From positions 112,344,001 to 112,408,000 of the forward strand of contig NC_043001.1 of assembly GCF_006345805.1 (NCBI RefSeq): a stretch of DNA of 64,000 nucleotides, read 5' to 3'. Source of the DNA: Octopus sinensis (taxonomy: Eukaryota). The position numbers and the translations under genes are program-made. The notes beneath the pieces are model-generated. The model was not told where the DNA came from. It did no database searches and saw only the letters and a list, made by a program, of their open reading frames with translations. Below are positions 39,421-51,953 of this stretch, piece after piece; the first letter of the stretch is position 1; every line of letters begins with the position of its first letter.

Positions 39421-40305
39421 CTAAAACTCTGACCTTGCGTCTACGTAACTTCTCGACTCAAAAGCAAACATAACACAACCTCTTTATTTGCGTTATTAAA
39501 TGTAAGTACGTTTATTGAATTTATATGTTACAAGAGGTTTTGTAACATATAAGTTTTAAACTTTAGCATTTAAAATTTTACCATTTCTTTAAACTCTGCA
39601 ATGTTTTAAAGCTTTGCTATTTGTTTAAGTAAGCAGCTTGTCTTTATTTGGCACAGCACTATAGAAAATTGAACATAGATAACTGATCCAAGATATCTGT
39701 AAAATGTTAACATTATAACTGTGAAAATTCGCTTCAGATTTCTTTCTTTCGAACTAACACCCGCTGCACTGCACTTGAGCCCAGCGCTTTTTAACATAGC
39801 CTCGAGTCTGTCAAAGTCATATCACTTAAATTTAGTAAACATTGTTTACAAGCCAGCCGGAGTGACCGCATATGATTTTTGGGTGTTGGATTTAATTAAT
39901 TTTTTCAGTTTAACACTCTCGCTGGTCCTTCTGTAAGTTTAATAGTGTCCACTCAATTCCATTTGAAGGTCTTCATTCAAAGGATAGTTTCTTCCATTTC
40001 TTACTTCCATCGGCATCAGAGACCCTTAAAAGTGTCATAATTTCATCTCTTTCTCCTTTGACTACGATAAAACAAATAGGGAAACGTTCGCAAGTCGTGG
40101 ATGATTAAATATCTGAAAAAAAATTTGTACTGAGATGTCTTATGTTAATGTGGATTCTCTTGGTTACTTAGATAAATCCTGAACACTTTATTGTTATTTA
40201 GCTTATGGTGAATCCTGACAGAGGGTCAAAGATATTTTAGCCATGACTATCTCGTCTTTTATCTAGTTCTTTAGGCGTAGTGTCTATGAATATCCTGTCT
40301 ATATG

Positions 40306-40641
40306 AAGGCGCGTGGCTCAGTGGTTAGAGCGTCGAGCTTACGATCGTGAGGTTGTGAGCTCGAATCCCGGATCGGGTTGCGTGTTGTGTTCTTGAGCAA
40401 GACACTTTATTTCACGTTGCTCCAGTTCACTCAACTGTAGAAATGAGTTGCGACGTCACAGGTGCCAAGCTGTATCGGCCCTTGCCTTTCCCTTGGACAA
40501 CATCGGTGACGTGGAGAGGGGAGGCCGGTATGCATGGGCGACTGCTGGTCTTCCATAAAACAACCTTGCCCAGACTTGTGCCTCAGAGGGTAACTCTCTA
40601 GGTGCAAACCCATGGTCAGTGTCTGACCGAAGGGGGTCACC
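40306..40641 (+). mobile_element. SINE family D (tRNA-like head, Nin/Deu-like central motif)
   Basis: ggctcagtggttagagcg...gttcttgagcaagacactttatttcacgttgctccagttcactcaactgta. Related pieces at 2340-2430, 2790-3000 (-) and 62490-62545. Confidence 0.7.
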
Positions 40642-42529
40642 ATAGGCACAAGACCAGAAATTTGGATGGAGGAGAAGGAAATGTTACATTGAGCGCAATA
40701 CTTGACTGTACTTTCTTTTATCGACCCCGAAGGATGAAAGGCAAAGCCGACCTCGATTGAATTAGAACTTCGAACGTAAAGAAGGACAAAATGCCGCTAA
40801 GCATTTTGTTCGACGCGATACCGTTTCTGTCAACTCGCTGCCTTAATGTCCAGGAATATATTATCTAATATGTCTTCCTTTTCTTAAGATGGTAATATGT
40901 TATTCTATGGCGATTCGGTTGCTATTTTTCGTTGATCAGACTTCTGTAGAGGGTATTTCTTGTTGGCTTGTAATCAGTTCTTCTTTGACTTCACCGGATT
41001 TCACTTTACCACAAGCAGTTCTTTTGTTTCTGAATAATTTACTTCCATATTCTCACTGATAATGGAAAGAAATAACAGGTACTGCATTAAAAAAAAAATC
41101 ACAGGTGCCGTATTCGAATTAAGACATTAATGCATTTTTTCTTCTTAGTGTGGAGCTATAATGTATTGTCCTGTCCATAGTATATTACTGCTATCACATC
41201 AATACCTAATGCGTAAAGCCCAAAATCTACCCTCGGTATGATTCGAACTCAGGACATTGAGTAACTAACTTATATACTTTTAATGCATTGTCACACACTA
41301 TTATTGATTAATTCACTCCAGCAGCTTCCATATAAAAAGTAATATTGCGAAGTTTATAACGATGTCATTACAATGATTCTCCACTGGTTTTTCGGGGTGA
41401 TGAGATCTATGTTATGACAGTCACTCAGTTCTCAAGTACTGAAAGCAAGCTAAAGTGCTGCAGAAATCAGTCAACTGCAACGTAGCTTTTAGACACCTTG
41501 TGTCATCTCAATCCAGAATTGCTGTTCATCTTCAAACAGATTATCATCAACGTCATTATACTCTAACGCTTCTGCCCTTCGCTCGAAATAGATTCTCTGG
41601 TAAGAGATTTTTCGAAACGTTACTTACAATGTTGCTTGAACTAACATTTCGAGTGGAATGTCAACAATATGGGTCTGAAATATTAGAAAATCGCCGAGGA
41701 GATACACCTACTTGAAGATACTTATGGTTCAATTGCTCAAGTATTTACATGACGGAGTGGACAAATGAAGAGACGGGAATACGTTCGAAATTACCTGATA
41801 TTTTCCAATATTTACGAATTCGAGAGATATCACAAAAGACAACTTAGAAGTGAGTTATTAATAAAACCAGTTTCAAGGAGAGAAGCTACATCGAAACCAC
41901 TCCTTCAGCTGTCCATTCATCCATGCTCTCTTTTTCACTCGACTTCGTCTCCCCGCCACCTTCGCTCATTATCAGTTTTCTGTCTCGTTACTGTGGTTAG
42001 CCTAAACATCTCATGGAGTAAAGAAACGGTGCATGTCAAACTAAATAACTTCCCTTCTTTAGCAATAGTGAGTAGCAGAATCGGTAGAGCAACCAGCTAA
42101 ATTCATTGTGGTAATTAACACCAGTATCTTACGTTATAAGTTCTAATCTCACCGAGATAATCTTTATCTTTATTATCCTTACCCTTTCGAGACCGATATT
42201 TTTTTTATTTTTAAAAGACCCCCATCACTCCAAAACTATAGTCATATATATATAGTTGATCATGGAAACGACTACTTAGCATAAAATTATCCTCTAAGTA
42301 CCCTTACCTCATGTTCTAGCACGGTACATTTTAAAATTTCTTCGGAGTGGCTGTGTGGTAAGAGCTTGCTTACCAATAACATAGTTCCGGGTTCAGTCCC
42401 ACTACCTGGCATTTTGGGTAAGTGTCTTCTAGTATAGGTTCGAGCCGACCAAAGCCTTGTGAGTGGATTTGGTAGACGGAAACTGAAAGAAGCCCGTCGT
42501 ATACAAAGATACATATATATATATATATG

Positions 42530-42795
42530 TATAAAATATTATTAGAGACAAAACCACTATTTTGCAAAACAAACAAGGAAAGACTTAATCAATACATAAA
42601 ATTTTAATAAATAGTCAAAAAAACCGCCACTACAATTGTTTCTTGTCTTGATCGATTGTCTGAAGATTGTCGATCAAGACAAGAAACAATTGTAGTGGCG
42701 GTTTTTTTAACTATTTATTAAAATTTTATGTATTGATTAAGTCTTTCCTTGTTTGTTTTGCAAAATAGTGGTTTTGTCTCTAATAATATTTTATA
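42530..42795. repeat. Near-perfect palindrome, 126-bp arms, 14-nt loop
   Basis: 42530-42655 is the reverse complement of 42670-42795 with one mismatch. Confidence 0.95.
42656..42701 (+). ncRNA. Hammerhead-like core at the apex of a long palindrome (stem I weak)
   Basis: CTGAAGA-TTGTC(GATCAA)GACAA-GAAA-CAATTG-TA: canonical core, 5-bp stem II, palindromic stem III, GUA. Confidence 0.5.
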
Positions 42796-42870
42796 ATATT
42801 TTACTATAAAATTGGATTTAATCCTAAATCTGATTTTTTCCCTGTAAATTTGGATTTATTCCCTAATATT

Positions 42871-43003
<133 letters not shown>

Positions 43004-43559
43004 GTGTGTGTGTGTGTGCGTGTGTGTATGTGTGTGTGTGTGTTTGTGTGTTTGTGTTTGTCCCCCAACATTGCACGACAACCGGTGCTGGTGTGTTTAC
43101 GTTCTAGTAACTTAGCGGTTCGGCAAAAGACAACGATAGAATAAGTACTAGGCTTACAAAGAATAAGTCCTGGGGTCGATTTGCTCGACTAAAGGTATTG
43201 CTCCAGCATGGCCGCAGTCAAACGACTGAAACAAGTAAAAGACATACTGTAATCTAAAACCTTCAGCACCTATATCTAATCCCCTACACCAATACTCCAG
43301 TATATTCTAATATACCCATTATTCCTATATTCTTAAAAAACCTACACATTAACAACAAAATCTCTACTCCTATTCTCTAAAACGTCCTAGTCTTATATTC
43401 TAATACACTCTATCGGATATCTTAAAATTCTGTCCCTAAACTCTAAACTCTTCTAGCTCTAATCCAAAATACCTTACTACTCTACTATAAAACGGACATG
43501 CACGAATATACACACTCACGCACGCACACCGGTACACACATAGAAAAGCATGCTCGCAC

Positions 43560-43601
<42 letters not shown>

Positions 43602-43602
<1 letters not shown>

Positions 43603-45640
43603 AAATCTTTATTATGATTATAAAAATCGTTACAGAGATAGTACATTACAATACAAAACATAATTACAAAAAGTTTACGTTGTTCGTTTGATATTTACAT
43701 ATGTTGATTATGATACTAGACTTTACTTTTCTCCTTTTTTTAAAAAATAAAAATGATTTTGGCCAGATAGGTATATCACAGTCAGGATTCTTACCCGACA
43801 GCCTAAGAGCCCAGAGACTATTTTCTCCTTTCATGATGACCAAGCAGGGTTACTCACACCCACCTTTTTTATCACATCCTTCCATCGATTCACATACTTT
43901 TTCTGTGTCAGGTTCCTCTTCTCCAAATCCATCTTGCTCTTTAGATGGTATCTGAAGTATTTTAACATACCATATCCAGAGACAAAGGATCCTGACACCA
44001 AACCTTCCAATCTAGTTCTCCACACACACTCTTTCAGTACTTCCACCGTACAGTGAAAACAAGCCTCACCTTCCTTTGAGAGTCCAGCTGGAGGTATCAT
44101 CTTTATTATAGAACCAGCCGATAGCTGTACTCGTCCCAGATGCGACAACACGTGTTCTACGTAACTTATTAAGCCTGACAGCTCCTGACAATGTACAAAA
44201 GCGTGCTGAACGGTTTCATCGTCCAACCCACATCTTGGACATGTCGGTGACACTGACATTCCATGCCTATATAACTTATCGCGAACAGGTAGAGCACTCC
44301 TATAGCACTGCCAAGTCAGGGATTTTTGGTAATTGTCCAAATACCCCGGCTTGAAAGTCTTCTTAAACAGGTCGGATAGTTGATCCTCATCGAACCCCAG
44401 AGCCCCTCTTAGGATGTCGTCATTTTTTGCCTCTACCATCCTTCTATAAAATGTCGAGGTGGTATTCCCGCTGCCGGCTTTGCCTATCTTGTGGATCAGC
44501 CAGAGTGCCTGTCGGCACTCTTTCTGCTATAAAGTCAGATTCCGTCTTTTAATGAAACCGGGTTTAAATCTCTCCATAGAGTCCGGTCGCGGGAAGAATT
44601 TATCTGCCAGCGGACTCCACACCTTATCACCTTCCAGGTGAAACCAGAGATGTCTCAGTCTCAGCGCATGCCTGCGCATCATTAACCAAGGCATCCCCAA
44701 CCCACCCTTTAGTGGTTCCTGGCAACACACGGAGCGCCTTACAAGTGGCTTTCCTCCCTTCCACAAAAAGCGGAAAAGGAGTCGATCCAACTTGCTTAGC
44801 CACGAATCGGGGCAAGGCACGACGGTCAGGCGATAGGTGATGACAGATGCTATAAACACCTGTACCACTTCCGCCCTCCCTTTCAAGGAAAGATGCCTTC
44901 CGGACCACTTCCGTACTATGGCTTCTACCTTGGTCACTACCTCGCTCCAATTTTTCTCCGTCTGGGAGTCTGAACCAAACCAAACTCCAAGCAATTTCAC
45001 AGGACCATCTGTCCAGTGTCCAACAACACTGGACGATATCGATTTGTTCCTCCAGGTGCCGAGGCGCAAACCAGTGGACTTGTCCTTGTTAACTTTTGCC
45101 CCTGCCACCGCTTCGTATCTTCGGAGAGCACCCTCTACACGAGTTAGTTGTGCTTCGTTGGACACGATGAAGGTGACGTCATCCGCATACGCAGAAACAG
45201 ACTTACCGCATCCGATTTCATTAGGATCGCATCCCACCGTCTCCAACTTCCGCAGCAATGGCTCAAGAGCCAAAACGTACAGGAGAGGGGACAAGGGACA
45301 TCCTTGACGAACTGAACGCTTAATCGAAAACGGTTCCGTTAAGTAACCGTTTATCTGGACTGTGGACTTGATACCGCTGTACATAGCTGATATCCACCCG
45401 CGAAAGTCAGGGCCTAGCCCAGCCGCTTCGAGAACCGTCGCCAGGTACTGATGATTTACCCTATCAAATGCTTTACTTTGGTCTAAATGGACCAATGCCC
45501 CTCCTTTGCCGGCTAATTGCCCAACCCTGTCTATAGTGTAGCGTAGAAGGTGAAGATTATCTTCGATCGACCTGCCTGCGATTGCACATGTCTGTGCCTT
45601 CCCGACAAGTTTCTTCATGACGACCTTCAATGGCTAACAG
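43602..45640 (-). mobile_element. 5'-truncated L1-Tx1 clade LINE (RT plus CCHC zinc knuckle), open except for one TAG
   Basis: RT motifs LDQSKAFDRV, VRQGCPLSPLLY and YADD, then CPRCGLDDETVQHAFVHC. ORFs 44527-45630 and 43831-44439 are in the same frame and separated by a single TAG. The 3' UTR has AATAAA (43608-43613, minus) running into (TA)n/(TG)n. Confidence 0.93.
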
Positions 45641-46994
45641 CTGTTTCCTGCAGTCATTATAGGTACATTACTGATAGGTTTAATTAATTGGTCTTTTGAT
45701 CAGTTGAGAAAATTGAACGACCTAAGAAAACTAATGCTACTTTCGTCAGAGCCGAAGTATATTAGATGTTTTTGTACAGAGTTTTCCGAAGAATAAGTTA
45801 CAACAACCGTAATTTAAACAACAATATCAAGAATTCTTAAGTTTTTAAATGACCTTTCACTTAATATGTTTGGTGAAGTGATTTGATCCAAAATCATGTG
45901 AAAAAAAAAGTCATTTATTAGATATTAATTTGAGTTACATTGCTCAGTTCTTTATTAAATTTAATAAATCAAAGTTATGCAAACCGCACGCCAGGTCGAT
46001 TTCTTAATTATTTACGACTAGAGACATGTCTGTCAATAGGCGATCGATCTGTGATATGGTCAGACCATGATTAGTTTCATCTAGGAGTCATTTGCATTGA
46101 GTGATCACTGTAAGGCAATGAACGAAATATTTTAGAATACTGTGGACTTTATGACAATGAATCAATCCCTATTTGAGGAGCCTGTTTGTATTTACAAGCG
46201 CCAACGCGTTGATATTTAAATGTATAGTCTAGCCACAAGCAATCTGCAGCCCTTGGGATTATATGAATGAAATACCTAACGAAAAATGACCACCAAATTT
46301 TTTAGTCGTTCGACCTGCCTGCTGATGAATGATGTCTCATGCGGCACGCTTCTCGAAAAAAGGTTGCCCATGTCTGGCCTTGCTTGATGGTAGGATATGG
46401 AAAGATTGATGCTATACAGGGTATGTGACAGTCTCTTCACATGGTCTTCATTGGATTTCATTTTAGAGTCGATAAGAGGATTCTTCAGTTTTCCTGAATT
46501 GAAATAATTGTTTTAATTTATGATATTCTTATCAAAAATTCTATGAAGTTTGTCTGTTTAGTTTATTTACTGTTTTGTAAGTGACTTGGATAGAGAAGAA
46601 CGTTCATGACTCTTGTCAGAGACTACGGAAAAAGGTGAATGAGAGGAGGAAATTTTTCTCAGACTCAAATGATAACTTAAACTTTCTTTTCGATACAAAT
46701 ACCCAAGAAGCACCAAGTGTTTGTGTTAAACGGTGAAGGATCACCACCCGAGTCTACACAGCTTACTTTTACCAATTTTATTCACAAAGCTTTGGCTAAT
46801 CGGATGTTGTGGTTAAGGAACTTATCCAAAATATCCCACAGCGTGATTGGATCCGAAACCTCATAGTTTCAAAGCGTCCTTCCGAACCACGCATCTATAA
46901 AAGGGAAGTTTAACAGAAGGTCGTGGTTTTGATCTGAATAAATTGGAAGATGCTGAAATCTTACCTTATGACCTCCACTATTAGCTAAAATACT

Positions 46995-47207
46995 AAGGCG
47001 GTGAGCAGGCAGAATCGATAACACTCCGGGCAAAATGCTTAACAGCATTTCGTCCGTCTTCACATTCTGAGTTCAAATTCCACCGAGGTTGACTTTGTAT
47101 TTCATCCTTTCGGGTTTGACAAAATAAGTACCAATCGAGTACTGGGGTCGAGATAATTGACTTGTCTCCTCCCCCGAGCTTGTTGGCCTTGTATCAACAT
47201 TTGAAAC
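46995..47207 (+). mobile_element. SINE family B
   Basis: Same consensus. Confidence 0.85.
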
Positions 47208-47849
47208 TATTCTTAAATGAAATATTGATTTGACCCACTTTTACCAAAGCCGCACGTCTGTAAACCGGTGTAACCAATTCCGACACCTGTATATGATAGG
47301 TAAATGTTTTATGAATCACAAACTGAATGTAGAAATGAAAGTAGAACCCCGCCAGTTTATCTGCTTTTCTAATATTCATCACCTTTGTATTCATATTGTG
47401 TATCAAATGTAACAATGTAAAACTAAAGCAGGTCGTAAAAAAGCAACATTTACCAATATTATTAGATGATTCTTTCGCTGACAGCCGTCAGATGAAGCAA
47501 ACTCTGAATTTCCAATATATAGAATATGGAAAGAGTGAACGAATGGCAATCTGGTGTGACATTAACTTGGACCAAAGTGTCTCAAAATGGAGTAAATTGG
47601 TGTTAGTGTTTCCGATATGTCTTATTTGTGATATGAGTCTGGTGTATTTGAGGTAGTCTGCATTATTTTGTGTTAAAAGCCATTATATCATGTATCAAAT
47701 GTGACTGACTAAAAAATTCAAATTCGTGTGGTGAAATCAAGCATATCAAATATACAGCAATCGATAAGAGAAAAAGAGTCCTAGGGAATACATACAACCC
47801 ATCCTTACATATGATTGCGATTACATGGAACATCAGCAAACAAGTAGAA

Positions 47850-48230
47850 AAGGTTATCGATTCTTCAGAGATGAGATTTCGGAGAAGGAGACCAAAAGTG
47901 TTCTATACAGACAGAGCCACAAATAAGTAACGGCCACCTGAAAGCTTCTCGACAATATAAGGTCCAGTCCATTGGATACCAAATGAGAAAAAGTAAGTCT
48001 TGAGTTGTTAGTAGTTAGAACTGGAAAACTGAAAGGAAAAACTAGGGAAGATAGTGAGATAGAAGATACCCGATGGCGTCACCAGCTGGTTACGGAAAAA
48101 TATATTCAATAATGTGCTAAGATTTGCGGGAGAATAGGCGAGCGCGAAGATTCATGATCACCGACGCTTACAGGCACGGCACATGAAGAGAAAGAGAAGT
48201 AATGTAGAATTCTGCTCGATGGAACGCATA
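47850..48230 (+). mobile_element. Highly decayed RTE-like 3' fragment
   Basis: GYQMRK..LE.LV..TGKLKGK resembles RTE GHIMRK..LE.LV.TGKI.GKR. Confidence 0.35.
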
Positions 48231-50619
48231 ATTCCTCAAACTTATACGCATTGCAGGTGTTGGGTTCAGTAATTTACGAAGTTCCTTGTGTAAATCTTGC
48301 TGACAAACAACATGGGCATCAATTTTTCTAGGTCTACTATTGCAACTAGCACCAATGCCCTGAGTCTATTCCTTATCACAGGCTCTGAGTCTATTCCTTA
48401 TCTTCGAATGCTTGATATTTTCTTACCAATATTTGAAGTCAATATTTGATAAATAATACAAGAAATGTTTCTTAATTTTGCCTACATCAGACAGCCTATA
48501 CGCGGCTGTTTCATCTACCAGAAATAATAGCCAAATTTCCATTGAGTCATAAAAATGATGTTAGCATCACGTTGTATAACATAATATTAGATACATATCT
48601 CGGAAATTACCTTTAATTATATATCATCGATTAGTGTAATCAGGAACGGGCGTATACAATATCATTAGCTGTAGTATCGCTATCACCACTAACACCAAGT
48701 ATTACCTGTAGTAACATCACTATTAACACTACGCCGACCACTATCATCAACAGCCCAGCCAGTACATCAACAATAACACCAATAACAACAATATTTGTAG
48801 CACCACCAAAACAGCATCAACACCTACAACAGCAACAATAAAACCAACCCCCAACTCTGCTACCTCTAACAACAGTAAAAAAGCCAACAACAATAATAAT
48901 GTACAAGCAATGCAAACAATTGTACAAACCCCACCCCCCAAAAAAAAAACAAGAACATCATTACCAACACAACCAACAACAACAACAATGGCAGCAAGTG
49001 CATCGAAATGGCAGCCGTTTGATATTCGTTTACAAGTCAGGTGTATCAGAATTAAGTATCCTGATTATGGAGACAAGATACGGATAATAATTTTCGTGCA
49101 TCCTTTTCATTACTGTATGTTTTTAGTCATCTTGTTATTTCTCCCTTCTTTTGCACTCTCTGTACTTCTAAATAAATTGCTAAATATAGTTAGATAACTT
49201 GGATATGTTTCGGCCAAAGGTTGACCCTGGTCATTTTTAAACGTAATAGCACCACCTGATAGGATCTGTTAAGTCATTTTAAAGTTATGTTTTTTTGCAT
49301 CATCGTCCATTCAAGTAGGAAGTTGTTACTGACTGAGATGAATCGATGTGTAGATGGCTTATCTGGTATCTCTTGAAGTTGTCCAGGTTTCATTTGAAGG
49401 TGATGGGAGTTTTTTTCTTTTTTCATGTTATCCGGGATAATGTTAAACAGAGCATGGCTTGTTGAGGACAAAGAACGTTGTAGTTTTGGATTTATGCGTT
49501 GCAAATCTGTATTGTGTCGGGAGCGTTAAATATAATGTTCTAATCCCGCCGATGCAAACTTTGGCTTTCATCATTCCGGGATCGAAAAATAAAATACAAA
49601 TCTAAGGCAGAGAACTGGCAGAATAGCCATAGAGTCGGAGTAGATGCCTTGGTGGTATTTGTTTCGGCTCTTTGCATTCTGAGTTCGAATCGCACCGTAG
49701 TCTACTTGAGTGGCAGACTTAACCCGTCAGTGGGTTTATCACCACTTCTTGGCATCCACTTTATTGTAAGCACGAGGAGAGAAGTAGGTCATCAAATTAA
49801 GGACACTTTCTCCCTTCCTCATTCCCACTATTTTTTATGGTCCTTTAGAGGGCCAAGCGCACTGTTCTTCCCTCTTAACTAATATATATATTTAAAAAAC
49901 ACAACATTCAAGCACACAAACACAATTATCTTGGGCAAATGTTTTGATATAATGTGACACAATTACGTCGTGGAAGAGGTTGTGTGAGTATGTGTGTGTG
50001 TATGTGTGTGTGTATGTGTGTGTGCGCACGCACACTCTGTTTTCTGTGTATGCGTATTGCTGCGCATATGTGTGTGTCTATGGTTTTCAAATTCTTTGAT
50101 TTACTCAAGCTATAGCTATATGGTGTTCAACCCGTATGGAATCTGTATTGATGATTGGATAAATGTGCTCGTAGGAACATTTACCGCTTGTGTAATACGT
50201 TCCTCGTATTAAAACATGGAGTTATGTAGTAAAACACGGAAGGATCACAGCTAGAGCACCTTCGATCAGTTACCTCGATTATGAGTAATCTGGGTATAAG
50301 TATCACCAATCGCTACAAACACACGGGATAATGTAATCCTACGTAAACAATGCCCGTTAAAAAAGAAAAAAAAGAAAACGAAGATGAGGTTGTCATGGTC
50401 GGGAGTCTTTGATTATAGATCTGCTCAGTTAGAACTGAACTGAGGTGGAAAAAAATATCAACAACAACGATAAATAACCCATTCAGAGTTGAAACTACCA
50501 AATTTCACAAGTCATGAGTCACAATACTCCCGTATTGCCTTTTATAGACTACTGTTAAGCTACGTAAATGTTACATTGAAGTTTGAGTGAAACTTATTGA
50601 AGTGATAACTCAAGCTGAA

Positions 50620-50655
50620 TTCTATGACGTTATAAACAAGTAAATGACGTAACAA
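50620..50655 (+). promoter_or_regulatory. Candidate promoter elements upstream of the EB1-like gene (two TGACGT CRE/ATF-like sites flanking TATAAA)
   Basis: TGACGT at 50625 and 50645 and TATAAA at 50631, about 380 bp upstream of the ATG. Motif presence only. Confidence 0.3.
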
Positions 50656-51011
50656 CAAGGATCGTTAGAAAGTAACGCATTCTTGGGATGTCGCTTTTTG
50701 GCCTTTATTTTTTCCTATAGTTTCTAAGCCTTCCTAAGCGTCTAATACGAACAAGAAAATTCGCTTCTGGAAAGTTAGTAAGCTGCAAAACTTAGATAAT
50801 TGTTATAATTCTCTGAAACCAGATATATATCTTTTCTTGTTATCCATATCGCCCCTGCTGCTTGTCATTTGAAACTAATTGAAAAATTGAAAATAGTAAA
50901 TAAATCTAAATTGAAAATTACCCCTCAGAATTACAGAACTATTAAAAGAACGAAAATTAACTATTCGGAAAAATAATTAAAAAGCGAATTAAAGAAAAAA
51001 AGGCATCTACC

Positions 51012-51953
51012 ATGGCTTGGAAAGCTATTACAGTATTACCAAATGTCCGAAATACTAGTAAAAAGGAATTGATGGACTTCCTCCAACGGTACATTAACCC
51101 TCAACTTGAGCGCATTGAAGACCTTGGCAGCGGATTCGATTTATGTTTCGGGATGTTTTTACTTTTTCCTAATTCTATTAAAGTTTCCGAAATCAGGTTC
51201 GGTAAGAACCTAAGTGTTAGCTCGAGACATAATAATTTTAAACGGCTCCAAAGTGCATTCAATACTGTTGGTGTAGAAAAGAATTTCCCAATGGAAAATA
51301 TGATGCGGGGAAACTTCCAAGCTAACTACTATTTTGGACAATGGTTTAAGGGGTTTTTTGAGGCTAACTACAGTGGCGAACCTTACGACGTAAATAAGCT
51401 ACGCCAAATGTGCTGCAACCGAGCAGCATCAAAAGATCGATTCACCAAGGACATACGCGGAGGAGAATGCAGGTTAGCAGCAGAAGCCAAGAGAATGCCA
51501 AAGTACATCAAACAAAGAGCAGCTATTATCTCTCCTACTACATCTTCTCCTCCACCTCAATCTCCTCATCATACTTCTAATTCTCCTCCTCCTTCAAGGC
51601 TACAAAGTGCTGTGAGCATATTAACTAAGGCCAATTTGGTAGATACTTTGTCGCAGACTGACGAAACTTATTGCGGGATTCTTAACAGCATTTACAGCTT
51701 CGAACAAGAAGCAGATGAACAAAAAGAACTTCGATCTGATTTATTACGAGAGAAAGCAGAGCTTGAACAAGCAGTTAGGGAACTTCAGAAAGAAAAGGAA
51801 AAGTTGTCCACTAATTACGAACATTCGAATCGGGAAAAGAGGTATTTCTATGATAAATTACGTGAAATCGAAAAGTTATGCCTCGAGGAACCGATAGACA
51901 GCTTGAGAATGTCAATAAAAACAGTCTTATATCAACAAGGAATTCCTTTATAA
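51012..51953 (+). CDS. EB1: Divergent, intronless microtubule end-binding protein (EB1/MAPRE family): N-terminal CH domain, Ser/Pro linker, coiled coil and EBH domain, no EEY/F tail
   Basis: 313-aa uninterrupted ORF with ACCATGG start context. The N-terminus aligns by eye with the EB1 CH domain: RIEDLGSG~KIEQLCSG, LLFPNSI~[27 protein letters not shown]~[48 protein letters not shown]~[28 protein letters not shown]. The C-terminus [17 protein letters not shown]...VLY matches EB1 KERDFYFGKLRNIELIC...ILY. Confidence 0.92.
   Translation: [313 protein letters not shown]

Noticed and set aside
41750-41850. MTEWTNEET, reminiscent of a Myb/SANT start
   Set aside because: The similarity is only a few residues and the frame stops after about 32 codons.
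44837-45307. 156-aa plus-strand ORF, and others overlapping retroelements (58334-58630, 59509-59808, 61786-62528)
   Set aside because: Antisense shadows of LINE or PLE coding sequence.
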